Source of the DNA: Thermoplasmatota archaeon
GTDB lineage: Archaea; Thermoplasmatota; Thermoplasmata; UBA10834
Assembly: GCA_963818745.1 (NCBI GenBank)
Contig: CAWFTI010000001.1
Location: forward strand, 236,452-300,451
Length of the DNA stretch: 64,000 nt
Direction of reading: 5' to 3'
Below, in pieces: positions 19,451 through 28,343 of the stretch (its first letter is position 1; each line of letters opens with the position of its first letter). Position numbers and translations under genes: made by a program. The notes beneath the pieces were generated by a model. It had not been told where the DNA came from. It saw nothing but the letters and a program-made list of their open reading frames with translations, and did not search any database.

Positions 19451-19867
19451 TTGAGAGAGCAGTATCATCTTCTCGTATACACGGACGGCGCCTCACGAGG
19501 CAACCCAGGGCCTGCGGCCATCGGCTACTCCATCTACGACTCCTCGGGTGAGCTGGTGGAGCAGGACGCTAGGACCATCGGGAGGCACACCAACAACGAA
19601 GCGGAATACCAGGCCCTGATCTGGGCGATCGAGAGGGCGAAGGCGCACGCGCGCGGCCCCGTGAAGTTCCACTCGGACAGCGAGCTCATGGTGCACCAGG
19701 TCAACGGAGTATACAGGGCCTCGAACGAGAGGATGAGGAACCTCCTCGCCATGGTCCACAAGGAGACCGAGGGGATCGGCGGCTTCAAGATGGTGTACGC
19801 TCCCAGGGAGACCCCGAAGATACAGATTGTCGACGGGCTCGTGAACGAGGCGCTCGACAACGGATGA
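19451..19867 (+). CDS. rnhA: ribonuclease H (type 1)
   Basis: YTDGASRGNPGPAAIGY, NNEAEYQALIWAIE, FHSDSELMVHQVNG. Start set to in-frame TTG 19451 because the longer ORF would overlap the mutS start region. Confidence 0.75.
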   Translation: MREQYHLLVYTDGASRGNPGPAAIGYSIYDSSGELVEQDARTIGRHTNNEAEYQALIWAIERAKAHARGPVKFHSDSELMVHQVNGVYRASNERMRNLLAMVHKETEGIGGFKMVYAPRETPKIQIVDGLVNEALDNG

Positions 19868-19890
19868 CCGCGGGACGCGGAGGATGGGAC

Positions 19891-20067
19891 ATGTCCAAGC
19901 TAGAGGATTTCGGAGTGATAGAGGACCCGAACGCTCGGTTCAGGAAGTATGTGGCCTCGGCCGCCAAGGTGCCCCCGAAGGTCAGGGCCGCATGGTGGAA
20001 GGAGACCCTGAAGCGCGACCCCGAGATACTCAAGTTCTTCCAAGCGGACGACCTCAAGAAGAGATGA
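19891..20067 (+). CDS. small basic hypothetical protein (58 aa)
   Basis: ATG 19891 is preceded by GGAGGA at -13 to -8. Lys-rich, coding-like sequence MSKLEDFGVIEDPNARFRKY... No family recognised. Confidence 0.45.
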   Translation: MSKLEDFGVIEDPNARFRKYVASAAKVPPKVRAAWWKETLKRDPEILKFFQADDLKKR

Positions 20068-20081
20068 CCGAGGGTGTGAGG

Positions 20082-20176
20082 TAGCCCCGGGAGGATTCGA
20101 ACCTCCGTCGCAGGATCGCTCCTTGCGAGATACGCAATCCAGAGTCCCGCATGATTGACCACTACACTACGGGGCT
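20082..20176 (-). tRNA. tRNA-Gln (CUG) with 22-nt intron
   Basis: Cloverleaf folded by hand: acceptor AGCCCCG/CGGGGCT, T-arm GGAGG-TTCGAAT-CCTCC, anticodon stem CGGGA/TCCTG with loop CU-CUG-GA. The intron (about 20117..20138) sits at the canonical 37/38 position. No encoded CCA. Confidence 0.85.
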
Positions 20177-20207
20177 GTCTCGGCGGGAGTCGCTATTTCG
20201 GTCCGTG

Positions 20208-20218
20208 TATTTAAAAAG
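20208..20218 (-). promoter_or_regulatory. candidate TATA box for tRNA-Gln
   Basis: The minus strand reads CTTTTTAAATA about 32-42 nt upstream of the tRNA 5' end (20176). Confidence 0.45.
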
Positions 20219-20247
20219 TCACCGCGGACCAGGGGGCCGCCCTGGCC

Positions 20248-20889
20248 TCACTTGTTCAGCCTGTCGATGGCTCGGACCATCTGGTCGAACACGCCGTCGA
20301 TGCCCGCGGACCCGTCGATGTCGACGAGGTTCCCCTTCGCCTTGAAGTGGGCGATGAGTGGCTGGGTCTGCTCCTGGTAGACCTTCAGCCTCTTCCTGAC
20401 GGTCTCCTCCTTGTCGTCGTCGCGCTGTATCAGGGACGATCCGCACTTGTCGCAGACGCCGGTCTTCTTCGGGACGTTGAACTTCACGTGGTAGACCGCG
20501 GCGCACTTGGGGCAGATCCTTCTTCCAACGGCGCGCTCGACCAGGGCCTCCATGTCCACGACGATGTTCAGCACGAGGTCGATGCCCGTCATCTTGTCCA
20601 GCTCCTTGGCCTGCCCCATGGTCCTCGGGAAGCCGTCGAGCAGGTATCCGCCCTTGCAGTCGGGCTTGGACACGCGCTCCTTGATGAGCTGCACGATGAG
20701 GTCGTCCGGACCCAGCTTGCCGGTGTCGAGGTACGACTTGATCTTCACTCCGAGCGGGGTCTGCTTGGCCACCGCCTCCCTCAGCAGGTCGCCGGTGGCG
20801 ACCTGGGGTATCCCGTACTTCTTCGAGAGCTTCTGAGCCTGCGTGCCCTTGCCTGCGCTCGGCGGGCCGAATATGATCAGCTTCATCAT
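20248..20889 (-). CDS. adk: adenylate kinase
   Basis: P-loop GPPSAGKGTQ and a zinc lid CPKCAAVYH..CDKCG. Start at the ATGATG at 20889. Confidence 0.9.
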   Translation of the reverse strand: MMKLIIFGPPSAGKGTQAQKLSKKYGIPQVATGDLLREAVAKQTPLGVKIKSYLDTGKLGPDDLIVQLIKERVSKPDCKGGYLLDGFPRTMGQAKELDKMTGIDLVLNIVVDMEALVERAVGRRICPKCAAVYHVKFNVPKKTGVCDKCGSSLIQRDDDKEETVRKRLKVYQEQTQPLIAHFKAKGNLVDIDGSAGIDGVFDQMVRAIDRLNK

Positions 20890-20999
20890 CCTATGACCAG
20901 CCGAAGCATCTTGGAAGGCGTACTTATTGGTTCCCTTCGGCGGTCGCACAGTGGTGAAAGCTATTTTATGAAGTCAGGCCATTGTCGTTCTCGGTCGCA

Positions 21000-22472
21000 A
21001 TGAAGAAGGCAGTCATCGAGGAACTGAAGGGGATAGTGGGCGAGGAGCGCATGTCGACTAAGACCGCGGACCTCTATGTCTACGGCTTCGACGCCTCGAT
21101 ACACCACAAGACCCCGGACGTCGTCGTCAGACCTCTCAACACCCGCGAGGTCTCCGAGATCGTCAAGCTCGCGAACAGGACCCGCACGCCGATCGTCCCC
21201 CGGGGCGCGGGCACGGCGATGTGCGGCCACACGGTGCCTCTGAAGGGCGGCATCATCATCGACCTCACAGGGATGAACAAGATCAAGGAGATCAGGGTCG
21301 AGGACCTGTACTGCGTCGTCGAGCCCGGGGTCATCTACGACAAGCTCAACGCTGAACTGGGCAAGAAGGGCTTCTGGTTCCCCACGACGCCCGGGAGCGG
21401 AGAGGCGTGCACGATCGGCGGCATGGTCGTCACGAACGCCTCGGGCATGCGGGCGATCAAGTACGGCGCGACCAGGGACTACGTCCTCGGACTCGAGGTC
21501 GTCCTCCCGACGGGGGACATCATCCACACCGGCACGCGCACGCTCAAGAACTCCTCCGGCTACCAGCTCGACAGGCTCATGGTGGGCAGCGAGGGCACGC
21601 TCGGGATAGTCACCGAGGTCACCCTCAAGCTGGCCTTCAAGCCCAAGGCCTCGGCGATGACGCTCGCGGCCTTCAACTCGCTCCAGGACGCTGGCAGGTG
21701 CGTCTCATCCATCATCGCGAGGCCGCTGATGCCGTCCGCGATCGAGCTCATGGACTCCGTGTGCATCAAGGCGGTCAACAAGTGCATGAACGTCGGCCTC
21801 CCGGACGTCGAGGCGATATGCATGATAGAGGTGGACGGGCACCCGACGGCGGTCGACGAGGAGCTGAAGATAGTCGAGGAGATCGCCAGGCAGAGCGGGG
21901 CGGTCACGACGGAGGCCTCGAAGGACAAGAAGAGGATAGACTACTGGACATACGCCAGGAAGGCCATCATGCCCTCGCTGAGCAGGTACGGCGAGAAGTT
22001 CGTCTCGGTCGCGCTCGCGGACGACATGTCCGTCCCCATCTCGACGATACCGGAGGCGGTCGTCGCGTTCCAGAAGATCGCTGAGAGGAACGGGGTGATC
22101 ATCGGCACATACGGGCACTCCGCCGACGGCAACCTGCACACCAAGATGCTGGTCGAGCCCGGCTCGGACGACAGCTGGAGGAGGGGCGAGAAGGCGGTCG
22201 GGGAGATCTACGACAAGGTGCTCGAGCTCGGCGGGACGGTCACCGGGGAGCACGGGGTGTCGATCACGAAGGCGCCCTACATGAAGAAGGAGCGGGCGGA
22301 CTCCATCGCAGCGATGAAGGCGATCAAGAAGGCCCTCGACCCGAAGAACATCATGAACCCGGGGAAGATGTTCGACTGGGAGGGGAACATCATCGCCCAT
22401 CTCAGGTACCCTGCGTTCCTCGACAGCGCCGGCTGCATGCCGTCCTCAGAGCCACGCAAGGACGAACATTAG
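21000..22472 (+). CDS. FAD-binding oxidoreductase (GlcD / D-lactate dehydrogenase family)
   Basis: PCMH-type FAD domain (PIVPRGAGTAMCGHTVP, NASGMRAIKYGATRDYVLGLEVVLP) and C-terminal GTVTGEHGVS. Start is ATG 21000. Confidence 0.85.
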   Translation: MKKAVIEELKGIVGEERMSTKTADLYVYGFDASIHHKTPDVVVRPLNTREVSEIVKLANRTRTPIVPRGAGTAMCGHTVPLKGGIIIDLTGMNKIKEIRVEDLYCVVEPGVIYDKLNAELGKKGFWFPTTPGSGEACTIGGMVVTNASGMRAIKYGATRDYVLGLEVVLPTGDIIHTGTRTLKNSSGYQLDRLMVGSEGTLGIVTEVTLKLAFKPKASAMTLAAFNSLQDAGRCVSSIIARPLMPSAIELMDSVCIKAVNKCMNVGLPDVEAICMIEVDGHPTAVDEELKIVEEIARQSGAVTTEASKDKKRIDYWTYARKAIMPSLSRYGEKFVSVALADDMSVPISTIPEAVVAFQKIAERNGVIIGTYGHSADGNLHTKMLVEPGSDDSWRRGEKAVGEIYDKVLELGGTVTGEHGVSITKAPYMKKERADSIAAMKAIKKALDPKNIMNPGKMFDWEGNIIAHLRYPAFLDSAGCMPSSEPRKDEH

Positions 22473-23126
22473 CACGGCGGCGGCCATGGACGCGATGTAT
22501 ATCGGCTTGTTCCAGGCCCAGACCTTCGACCCGTCCAGCGGATAGATCGGGATCATGTTGAAGATCGCCAGGAACGTGCTGAAGAAGTAGAGGCTGTAGG
22601 CGACGTCCCCGACGAACGTCGGCAAGCCCTCGATGGTGAGCATGGCGAACGGAAGACAGAGGGTGGCGATCGCCAGGTTCGAGCCCGGGCCTGCGAGGCT
22701 TATCTTGCCGTTCTGCTCGCGAGTGACGTTCCCGGAGATGTAGACCGCTCCGGGAGCGGCGAACAGGAACCCGAAGATCGACAGCAGCAGGGCGATCGCG
22801 AGTCCCCTGTAGTCCGCCCTGAACTCCGCCCAGCAGCCGTACTTCTGGGCGAGGAACTTGTGCGCCATCTCGTGGATCAGGAAGCCCGCGAAGACCGAGA
22901 GGGCGGCCAAGCCCAGGAAATAGGGTATGCTAGCCGTGTCACCGTTGTAGAGCACTAGGGTGAACGCGACCGTGAGGGCTGCGACCGCGATGGCCAAGTG
23001 CCTCAGCTCGACCGCGCTGAAGAACGAGGGCCTCGGGGGCGAGGCGGTCACGCCGTACGGCGTGAGGGTGTAGCTGAACGAGTACTTCGGCTCGACGATG
23101 TCGTACTCCTTCTCGGGCCTTCGCAT
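22446..23126 (-). CDS. site-2 protease family (peptidase M50) membrane metalloprotease
   Basis: HEMAH zinc motif in a TM helix and NMIPIYPLDG; multiple TM segments. Only the last 226 codons of ORF 22446..23894 look coding (start ATG 23126). Confidence 0.8.
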   Translation of the reverse strand: MRRPEKEYDIVEPKYSFSYTLTPYGVTASPPRPSFFSAVELRHLAIAVAALTVAFTLVLYNGDTASIPYFLGLAALSVFAGFLIHEMAHKFLAQKYGCWAEFRADYRGLAIALLLSIFGFLFAAPGAVYISGNVTREQNGKISLAGPGSNLAIATLCLPFAMLTIEGLPTFVGDVAYSLYFFSTFLAIFNMIPIYPLDGSKVWAWNKPIYIASMAAAVLMFVLAWL

Positions 23127-23246
23127 GAGGGGTGATGATTTCGACCGGATAGTTATAGCTTCTGGGGGCTCTCCGAGGCGAGTGACCCGGGGCTCCAGAC
23201 CGCAGGGGGGATAGTTATTTACAGGGCCGCGGCATAGCTTCGGCCC

Positions 23247-25190
23247 GTGTATACCAGACCCGACAGCGCATCGAACCGCATGCACTGGTGCGACAGATGC
23301 AACGTGCCGTTGATCGGGAGGACCTGCGGCAGATGCGGCAGCAACGGCTTCGAGATCGAGCTGACGCCTCCAGGGGAGGTCAGGCTGGCGCTCGAAGGGG
23401 CGAAGAAGAGGCTCAGGTTCCTCTTCCTGAGGCAGTTCGGGGTGCAGCAGCTTCTGCCCGACATATTCATCCTGAACAAGAGCTCGGGGGAGGACCGCAC
23501 GGACGAGGTGATCATAGACGGGTACAGGGTGGCCCTGCTCACGTACGACCTCGAGAAGCGCGATTACTGGCTCACTCTCCGCATAGATGGTGCGCGCATG
23601 CTCGCGCGCATGGACCCGAAGAAGCTCATCAAGCTCAAGAAGGCCGAGGGCCACATGAAGGGCAAGTACCTCCCGCCGGACGCGATCGAATCGTTCGATC
23701 CCGGGATCAAGGCAGGGGACGAGGTCATCATACAGATGGGGAAGTTCGTCGGGTGCGGATCCGCGAAGGTCGACGCCGCGAGCCTGCGGTCGTCGGACAA
23801 GGGAGTGAAGGTCAGGGACTTCGTCCAGGCCGGCCTCATGGCGCACGCGAGGAAGGCGTGGGTCAAGGACTTGGTCAAGGCCAACGTACCTCATCTGAAC
23901 GCCAAGAAGGCGAAGGCGGAACTCGAGCTCAAGGAGGCGATGAAGTCCTTCCCGCTCCCCCTGAGCGTGTCGTTCAGCGGCGGAAAGGACAGCCTCGTCG
24001 TCATGGACATCGTGTCATCGGTCACGAAGGATTTCGCGACCATCTTCATCGACACGGGACTCGAGCATCCGGTGACCAGGAGGTATGTCAATGAGATGGC
24101 CGAGAAGAACGGCCTGAGGCTTCTGACCGCGGAGGCCGCCGACGCTTTCGACGACAACTTCGCATCCTTCGGTCCGCCTGCCAAGGACTTCAGGTGGTGC
24201 TGCAAGGTATGCAAGCTCGCGCCCCTCACAAGGCTGATCGAGGAGAAGTTCCCCAAGGGCACGCTCACGATCGAGGGGAACCGGAGGCTCGAGTCGTTCT
24301 CGAGAGCGCACACCGAGCTCGTCCACGAGAACCCGTTCGTGCCCGGACAGGTCATCGTCAACCCCATCAGGGACTGGTCGGCGCTGGACGTGTGGCTCTA
24401 CATCATCTGGAGGCAGCTCGATTACAATCCGCTGTACGACGAGGACATCGAGAGGGTCGGGTGCTGGATGTGCCCATCATCGCTCGCGAGCGAGGCCGTG
24501 GAGATATCGCGCATAAACCCCGAGCTGTCCCGGGCGTGGGATGCGAAGCTGCAGCAGTGGGCGGAGGAGAACTCGCTCCCGAAGGAGTTCGTGAAGCACG
24601 GGTTCTGGAGATGGAAGCAGCTCCCGCCCAAGATGCAGGCCCTCGCCCAGCGGCTCGGGATCGAGGCGAAGGTCAAGCGCGCGGACACGCTCGGCATCAG
24701 GGTGCTCAAAGGGGTGAGCCCGTGCGCGGCCGGAGGGTACTCGGTCGAGGCTGTCCTGCAGATGCCTGAATCGCGGGGCCTGAAGAGGGCCTCCGAACTG
24801 CTCAAGACCGTAGGCGACGTGGACCTGGTCGAGGATTTCGGGGTCGTGATGGTCCGCTCGGGCAAGGCGAGCGCGAAGGTCTTCGCGGGCGGGCAGATCG
24901 CGGCGGTGGCCGAGAGCCCGGCGGAGGCGTCCGCCTTCTTCGACAAGGTCGCGCGCGCGACTCTCAGGGCCAACCTGTGCGCCAGGTGCGGGATCTGTGT
25001 CAGGACATGCCAGACGGATGCGATCGTGCTCAAGGACGAGATATTCGTAGATGAAGCGAAATGCAACGCGTGCGGCAAATGCGCGGAGAGCTGCGTGGTC
25101 GCACACTACTTCGATAAGCTAGCCGGCGACGTCATGCAAGGCGCCGGTCAGAAGAAAAAGAAGAGGAAATCGGGCCCTAGTCCTCTCTGA
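23247..25190 (+). CDS. Zn-ribbon + PUA-like + PAPS-reductase/PP-loop + 2x[4Fe-4S] ferredoxin domain protein
   Basis: CDRC..CGRCG ribbon, PUA-like IKAGDEVIIQMGKFVGCGSAKV, PP-loop SFSGGKDS, and C-terminal CARCGICVRTC / CNACGKCAESC. Alternative start at ATG 23280. Confidence 0.7.
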   Translation: MYTRPDSASNRMHWCDRCNVPLIGRTCGRCGSNGFEIELTPPGEVRLALEGAKKRLRFLFLRQFGVQQLLPDIFILNKSSGEDRTDEVIIDGYRVALLTYDLEKRDYWLTLRIDGARMLARMDPKKLIKLKKAEGHMKGKYLPPDAIESFDPGIKAGDEVIIQMGKFVGCGSAKVDAASLRSSDKGVKVRDFVQAGLMAHARKAWVKDLVKANVPHLNAKKAKAELELKEAMKSFPLPLSVSFSGGKDSLVVMDIVSSVTKDFATIFIDTGLEHPVTRRYVNEMAEKNGLRLLTAEAADAFDDNFASFGPPAKDFRWCCKVCKLAPLTRLIEEKFPKGTLTIEGNRRLESFSRAHTELVHENPFVPGQVIVNPIRDWSALDVWLYIIWRQLDYNPLYDEDIERVGCWMCPSSLASEAVEISRINPELSRAWDAKLQQWAEENSLPKEFVKHGFWRWKQLPPKMQALAQRLGIEAKVKRADTLGIRVLKGVSPCAAGGYSVEAVLQMPESRGLKRASELLKTVGDVDLVEDFGVVMVRSGKASAKVFAGGQIAAVAESPAEASAFFDKVARATLRANLCARCGICVRTCQTDAIVLKDEIFVDEAKCNACGKCAESCVVAHYFDKLAGDVMQGAGQKKKKRKSGPSPL

Positions 25191-25450
25191 GCGACTTGGC
25201 GACCTTGATCGTCTCGTCCCTGGCCTTCCTGGCACCCTTCTTGCCGATATCTATCGCCGCCTTCACCAGGGGCTTCGTCTCCTTCAGTACCAGGTCCGTG
25301 ACCTCGACTCCTTTCTCGAGCGCCTTCCCCGTCGACCTTCGCGACCCTCCCGAAGTTCTTGTCCACGACGCTCTGGCTCGGGCCGTGGCCGCAGTGCGGG
25401 CACGCGCCCGCCTTTCCGATGTTTCTGCCGCAGCTGGAACACTTGACCAT
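25177..25450 (-). CDS. small Zn-ribbon protein (probable +1 frame break near 25.33 kb)
   Basis: ATG 25450 lies behind GGGAGGA; MVKCSSCGRNIGKAGACPHCG. After the GGGG run (25327..25330) the +1 frame gives the protein-like KALEKGVEVTDLVLKETKPLVKAAIDIGKKGARKARDETIKVAKSLRED*. The original frame becomes Gly/Arg-rich junk. Confidence 0.45.
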
Positions 25451-25545
25451 GTGCGAATCCTCCCTGTCCGATGCTATCATCGGCGGCCATATATAACCTA
25501 TCATGGGAGAGCTTATCAAGTCACTATGATTACGGACGGAAGCAC

Positions 25546-26278
25546 ATGGCAGACCTGTTAAGCATCGCGAGCGGCATCGCGGGGTTCGGGCCCGCGATGG
25601 CCCTGATGTTCTACACGCTCAGGGACTACACGTACCCCGCCGTCGAGAAGCCGTTCTTCAACGACAAGAAGATATTCGCGTTCTTCGCGCTCGGGATAGT
25701 CATCGGGATGCTGCTGTTCGCGTTCGAGTCCTGGGGTCAGACGATATCGTCGACGAAGACGCTCCTGGCGCTGATAGTAGGGTTCGCGGTCATGGAGGAG
25801 CTGCTGAAGCTCGTCGTGCTGAACTATCCCAAGTTCCAGAGGAAGGTGGACACCGCATTCTACGGCCTGTCGTTCGGGCTCGGGATATCCGCGACATTCA
25901 CCTTCGCGACGATCTACGCCAGCGCACTCAGCCTCGAGACCGTCAAGGCAGAGGACATGGTCGCGTTCTCGCTCCTGGGCGTGCAGCTCGTCCTGCTCCA
26001 CGGGTCGACCACGGCCCTGATAGGGATAGGCGTGGCCAGAGGGAACGTGAAGGCTTACTTCGTCGGAGGCGCTCCTGTTCCACCTCGGGTACAATGTCCT
26101 GATGATACCGTTCTTCATGTTCGAGATCGTGACGCCCCCGTTCAACCTGATAGGGCTGGCCGCGGCGTCGGCGGTGGTCATATATGCATACGTCAAGGTC
26201 CACAGGACCTCGCTGCCTGCGCTGGTCTGGGACGCGAAGCGTCTCTCGAAGAAGGCCGAGCCGGTCAAACGGACCTGA
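25546..26278 (+). CDS. PrsW-like intramembrane protease (one +1 frame break near 26.06 kb)
   Basis: Polytopic membrane protein with an EELLK motif. After the break the +1 frame continues EALLFHLGYNVLMIPFF.. (HxxxN motif) to TGA 26276..26278. Confidence 0.65.
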
Positions 26279-26717
26279 ACTTGCCGTTCGCCGTCTCGTA
26301 GATCAGGTTGTGCTCCTGCAGCCTCGCGACGATGTCCTCCGGGGAGTCCTTGCTCAGCAGCCCCGAGACCCTCCTGACGTCGTCGATGTCGAACTCGCCG
26401 TTCATCGCGGTGAGCTCCGACGCGATGACCCTCATCCTCTCGAGCGGGTCCTTGACCGACTTCGCCTTCTCGGCTATCGCGGCGTGAGGACCCTTCTTCC
26501 TGGACCGAGGCTCCTTCTTCAGCTTCTCCCCGCCCGCGATGAGCGCGTTCGCCTGTGCCACCGCGTCCGCGAGCTCCATGGGCGAGTCGGTGGAGTAGTG
26601 CAGCTTGACCCTGGAGAGCTCTATCTCCCTTCCACACTGGCATGTGGTCGTCTTCTTCTCGGCCTCGACACCCTTCGCCTTCCCGCAGGAAGGACAGACG
26701 ATCACACCGTACTTCAT
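26265..26717 (-). CDS. Zn-ribbon / winged-helix-like hypothetical protein (third gene of the GTPase operon)
   Basis: ATG 26717 lies behind GAGGTG. N-terminal CPSCG..CQCG ribbon, a basic linker and a helical C-terminal domain. It starts 27 nt after the stop of the V4R-DUF835 gene. Confidence 0.5.
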   Translation of the reverse strand: MKYGVIVCPSCGKAKGVEAEKKTTTCQCGREIELSRVKLHYSTDSPMELADAVAQANALIAGGEKLKKEPRSRKKGPHAAIAEKAKSVKDPLERMRVIASELTAMNGEFDIDDVRRVSGLLSKDSPEDIVARLQEHNLIYETANGKFRSV

Positions 26718-26743
26718 CGAACACACCTCTCTCGCAGCGGGCT

Positions 26744-27652
26744 CTAGAACGACCGCAGCTCTTTCTCCATCATCTTCAGTTCCGTCTCATGGACCGTCAG
26801 GGGGCTGATCGGCACGAGGAGCGTGGATTCGGTCACCGCGATCTTGTCGTTCAGGTGCTGGATGAGCTTCAGGACCTTCGGGAAGCCGTTCTGGGATATC
26901 AGGTACTCGATGCCCGACAGGAGCACGACGCAGCCCTGGTTCTCAGTGACAAACGTCTTCATATCGGAGTACAGGAGCGCGATGTTGGACGGGTCGCGGG
27001 AATACGGCCGCTCCTGGTCCATCGACAGCCACAGGAAAGGCATCGCCTTGATGTCCCATCTGTCCTTGACCTTCTCGGGGTACTCCCTGGTGACGCACAG
27101 GCACGGGATCCCGTGCTTCGCAGCGTCCACGAATATGTCGAAGGCCTGGTCGGGTATCTCTTCCTTTATGAGGTACGAGTACCCGCTCTCGAGGTTGTAC
27201 TTCCTCGCGGTCTCCAGATCCGCGTGCTTCGCAGCGCGGAGGTTGTCGACCACCTCGTAGACCTGCATCACGCATGCGAGGTACCCGTCGCTCGCGCACT
27301 CGACCTCCTCGACCTCGTACCTCTTGCCCGTGAGCTCGGACACGATGCCTGACAGGTAGCCCTTCGCGAACTCGCATGTCTTGCCGTCCTTGGCCTCTAT
27401 GGACTCCTCGAGGGTGACCATCATCTCGCTCTCCTCGACGGAGTCAATCCTGATCCTGCTCAGGCCAGCCTCCATCCAGATGGGCTCGATGATCGACTTG
27501 ACCTCGGACAGGCTCGCGCAGGACAGGGCGTAGCTCTCGACCAGCGCGCGGCCGCATCTCTGGCCGTACCTGTAGAGCATGGTCCTGGCGCGGTGGTCGC
27601 CCTCGACGATCTCGAGCTCCTCCCGCAGGTGCGAGAGCGCCACGCCGGGCAT
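26744..27652 (-). CDS. V4R domain + DUF835 domain protein
   Basis: N-terminal V4R-like module (..CEFAKGYLSGIVSELTG..ECASDGYLACV). C-terminal DUF835-like module (GYSYLIKEE..CLCVTREYPEKV..WLS..VLLSGIEYLISQNGF..). Start is ATG 27652, 21 nt after the GTPase stop. Confidence 0.7.
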   Translation of the reverse strand: MPGVALSHLREELEIVEGDHRARTMLYRYGQRCGRALVESYALSCASLSEVKSIIEPIWMEAGLSRIRIDSVEESEMMVTLEESIEAKDGKTCEFAKGYLSGIVSELTGKRYEVEEVECASDGYLACVMQVYEVVDNLRAAKHADLETARKYNLESGYSYLIKEEIPDQAFDIFVDAAKHGIPCLCVTREYPEKVKDRWDIKAMPFLWLSMDQERPYSRDPSNIALLYSDMKTFVTENQGCVVLLSGIEYLISQNGFPKVLKLIQHLNDKIAVTESTLLVPISPLTVHETELKMMEKELRSF

Positions 27653-27672
27653 GGCGAAGAAGTGTATCGTCT

Positions 27673-28185
27673 TCAGGCGGTCACCTCCAGTATCTTCCTG
27701 CTGATGGATCCGAAGGCGATCTCGACGTTCAGGCCGGTCTTCGCGCTCGTCTCGAGCACATCGCACTTGAGCGACGACGCGAGCGACACGACCTCGTCCA
27801 AGGGGAACCTCTTGTCCAGGTCGGACTTGTTCGCGAGGATGACGACAGGCATGTCACCGACGACTCCCCTGAAGCCGTTGACCCAGGACGAGAGCGATCT
27901 CATGGTCTCAGGGCGTGTGTAGTCACAGACGGCCAGGGCGCCTGTGGCGCCCTTGTAGTAGGCTGCGTGCAGGGACTCGTTCGTCTTCTGGCCGAGGATG
28001 TCCCATATCATGAGGTCGAGCTGGGCGTCGCCCACCGATATCGATTTCTTGGAGACCTTCGTCCCGAACGACATGATGTACTTGTCGTCGAAGGCGTCGT
28101 TCACGTACCTGCGCACGAGGCTGGTCTTCCCCACGGCGCCGTCGCCAAGAAGGCAGAGTTTGAGTATGTACTTTCGGGAAGGCAT
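27673..28185 (-). CDS. Ras/Rab-like small GTPase
   Basis: 170 aa with all G boxes: G1 GDGAVGKT, switch-I FGT, G3 WDILGQ (Gln retained), G4 NKSD, G5 ETSAK. Confidence 0.85.
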   Translation of the reverse strand: MPSRKYILKLCLLGDGAVGKTSLVRRYVNDAFDDKYIMSFGTKVSKKSISVGDAQLDLMIWDILGQKTNESLHAAYYKGATGALAVCDYTRPETMRSLSSWVNGFRGVVGDMPVVILANKSDLDKRFPLDEVVSLASSLKCDVLETSAKTGLNVEIAFGSISRKILEVTA

Positions 28186-28212
28186 CCAGAACGGTTGATG
28201 ATATTCCCCTGT

Positions 28213-28220
28213 CTATATAA
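28213..28220 (-). promoter_or_regulatory. candidate TATA box for the GTPase operon
   Basis: The minus strand reads TTATATAG about 28-35 nt upstream of ATG 28185, so the mRNA would be short-leadered or leaderless. Confidence 0.35.
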
Positions 28221-28322
28221 CGATTCAGACTTGGATGCCTTTCAATGAGAAGACGCTAGTCAGTGTCCGAGAAGGGGGAGAACCCGGCCGGAAATACGAC
28301 ACCTCGACAACCATTAAGAGTG

Positions 28323-28340
28323 TGCAAGTGCTTACTTGCA
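28323..28340. promoter_or_regulatory. perfect inverted repeat, candidate TetR operator
   Basis: TGCAAGT-gctt-ACTTGCA (7-bp arms, 4-bp spacer) ends 3 nt before the tetR-like ATG at 28344. Confidence 0.45.
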
Positions 28341-28343
28341 TCG

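Noticed and set aside
23127-23894. The N-terminal 256 codons of ORF 22446..23894, which would make the M50 protease 482 aa.
   Set aside because: The upstream part is Arg/Pro/Leu-rich junk antisense to the PUA/PP-loop gene. The protease-like sequence with a proper ATG begins at 23126.
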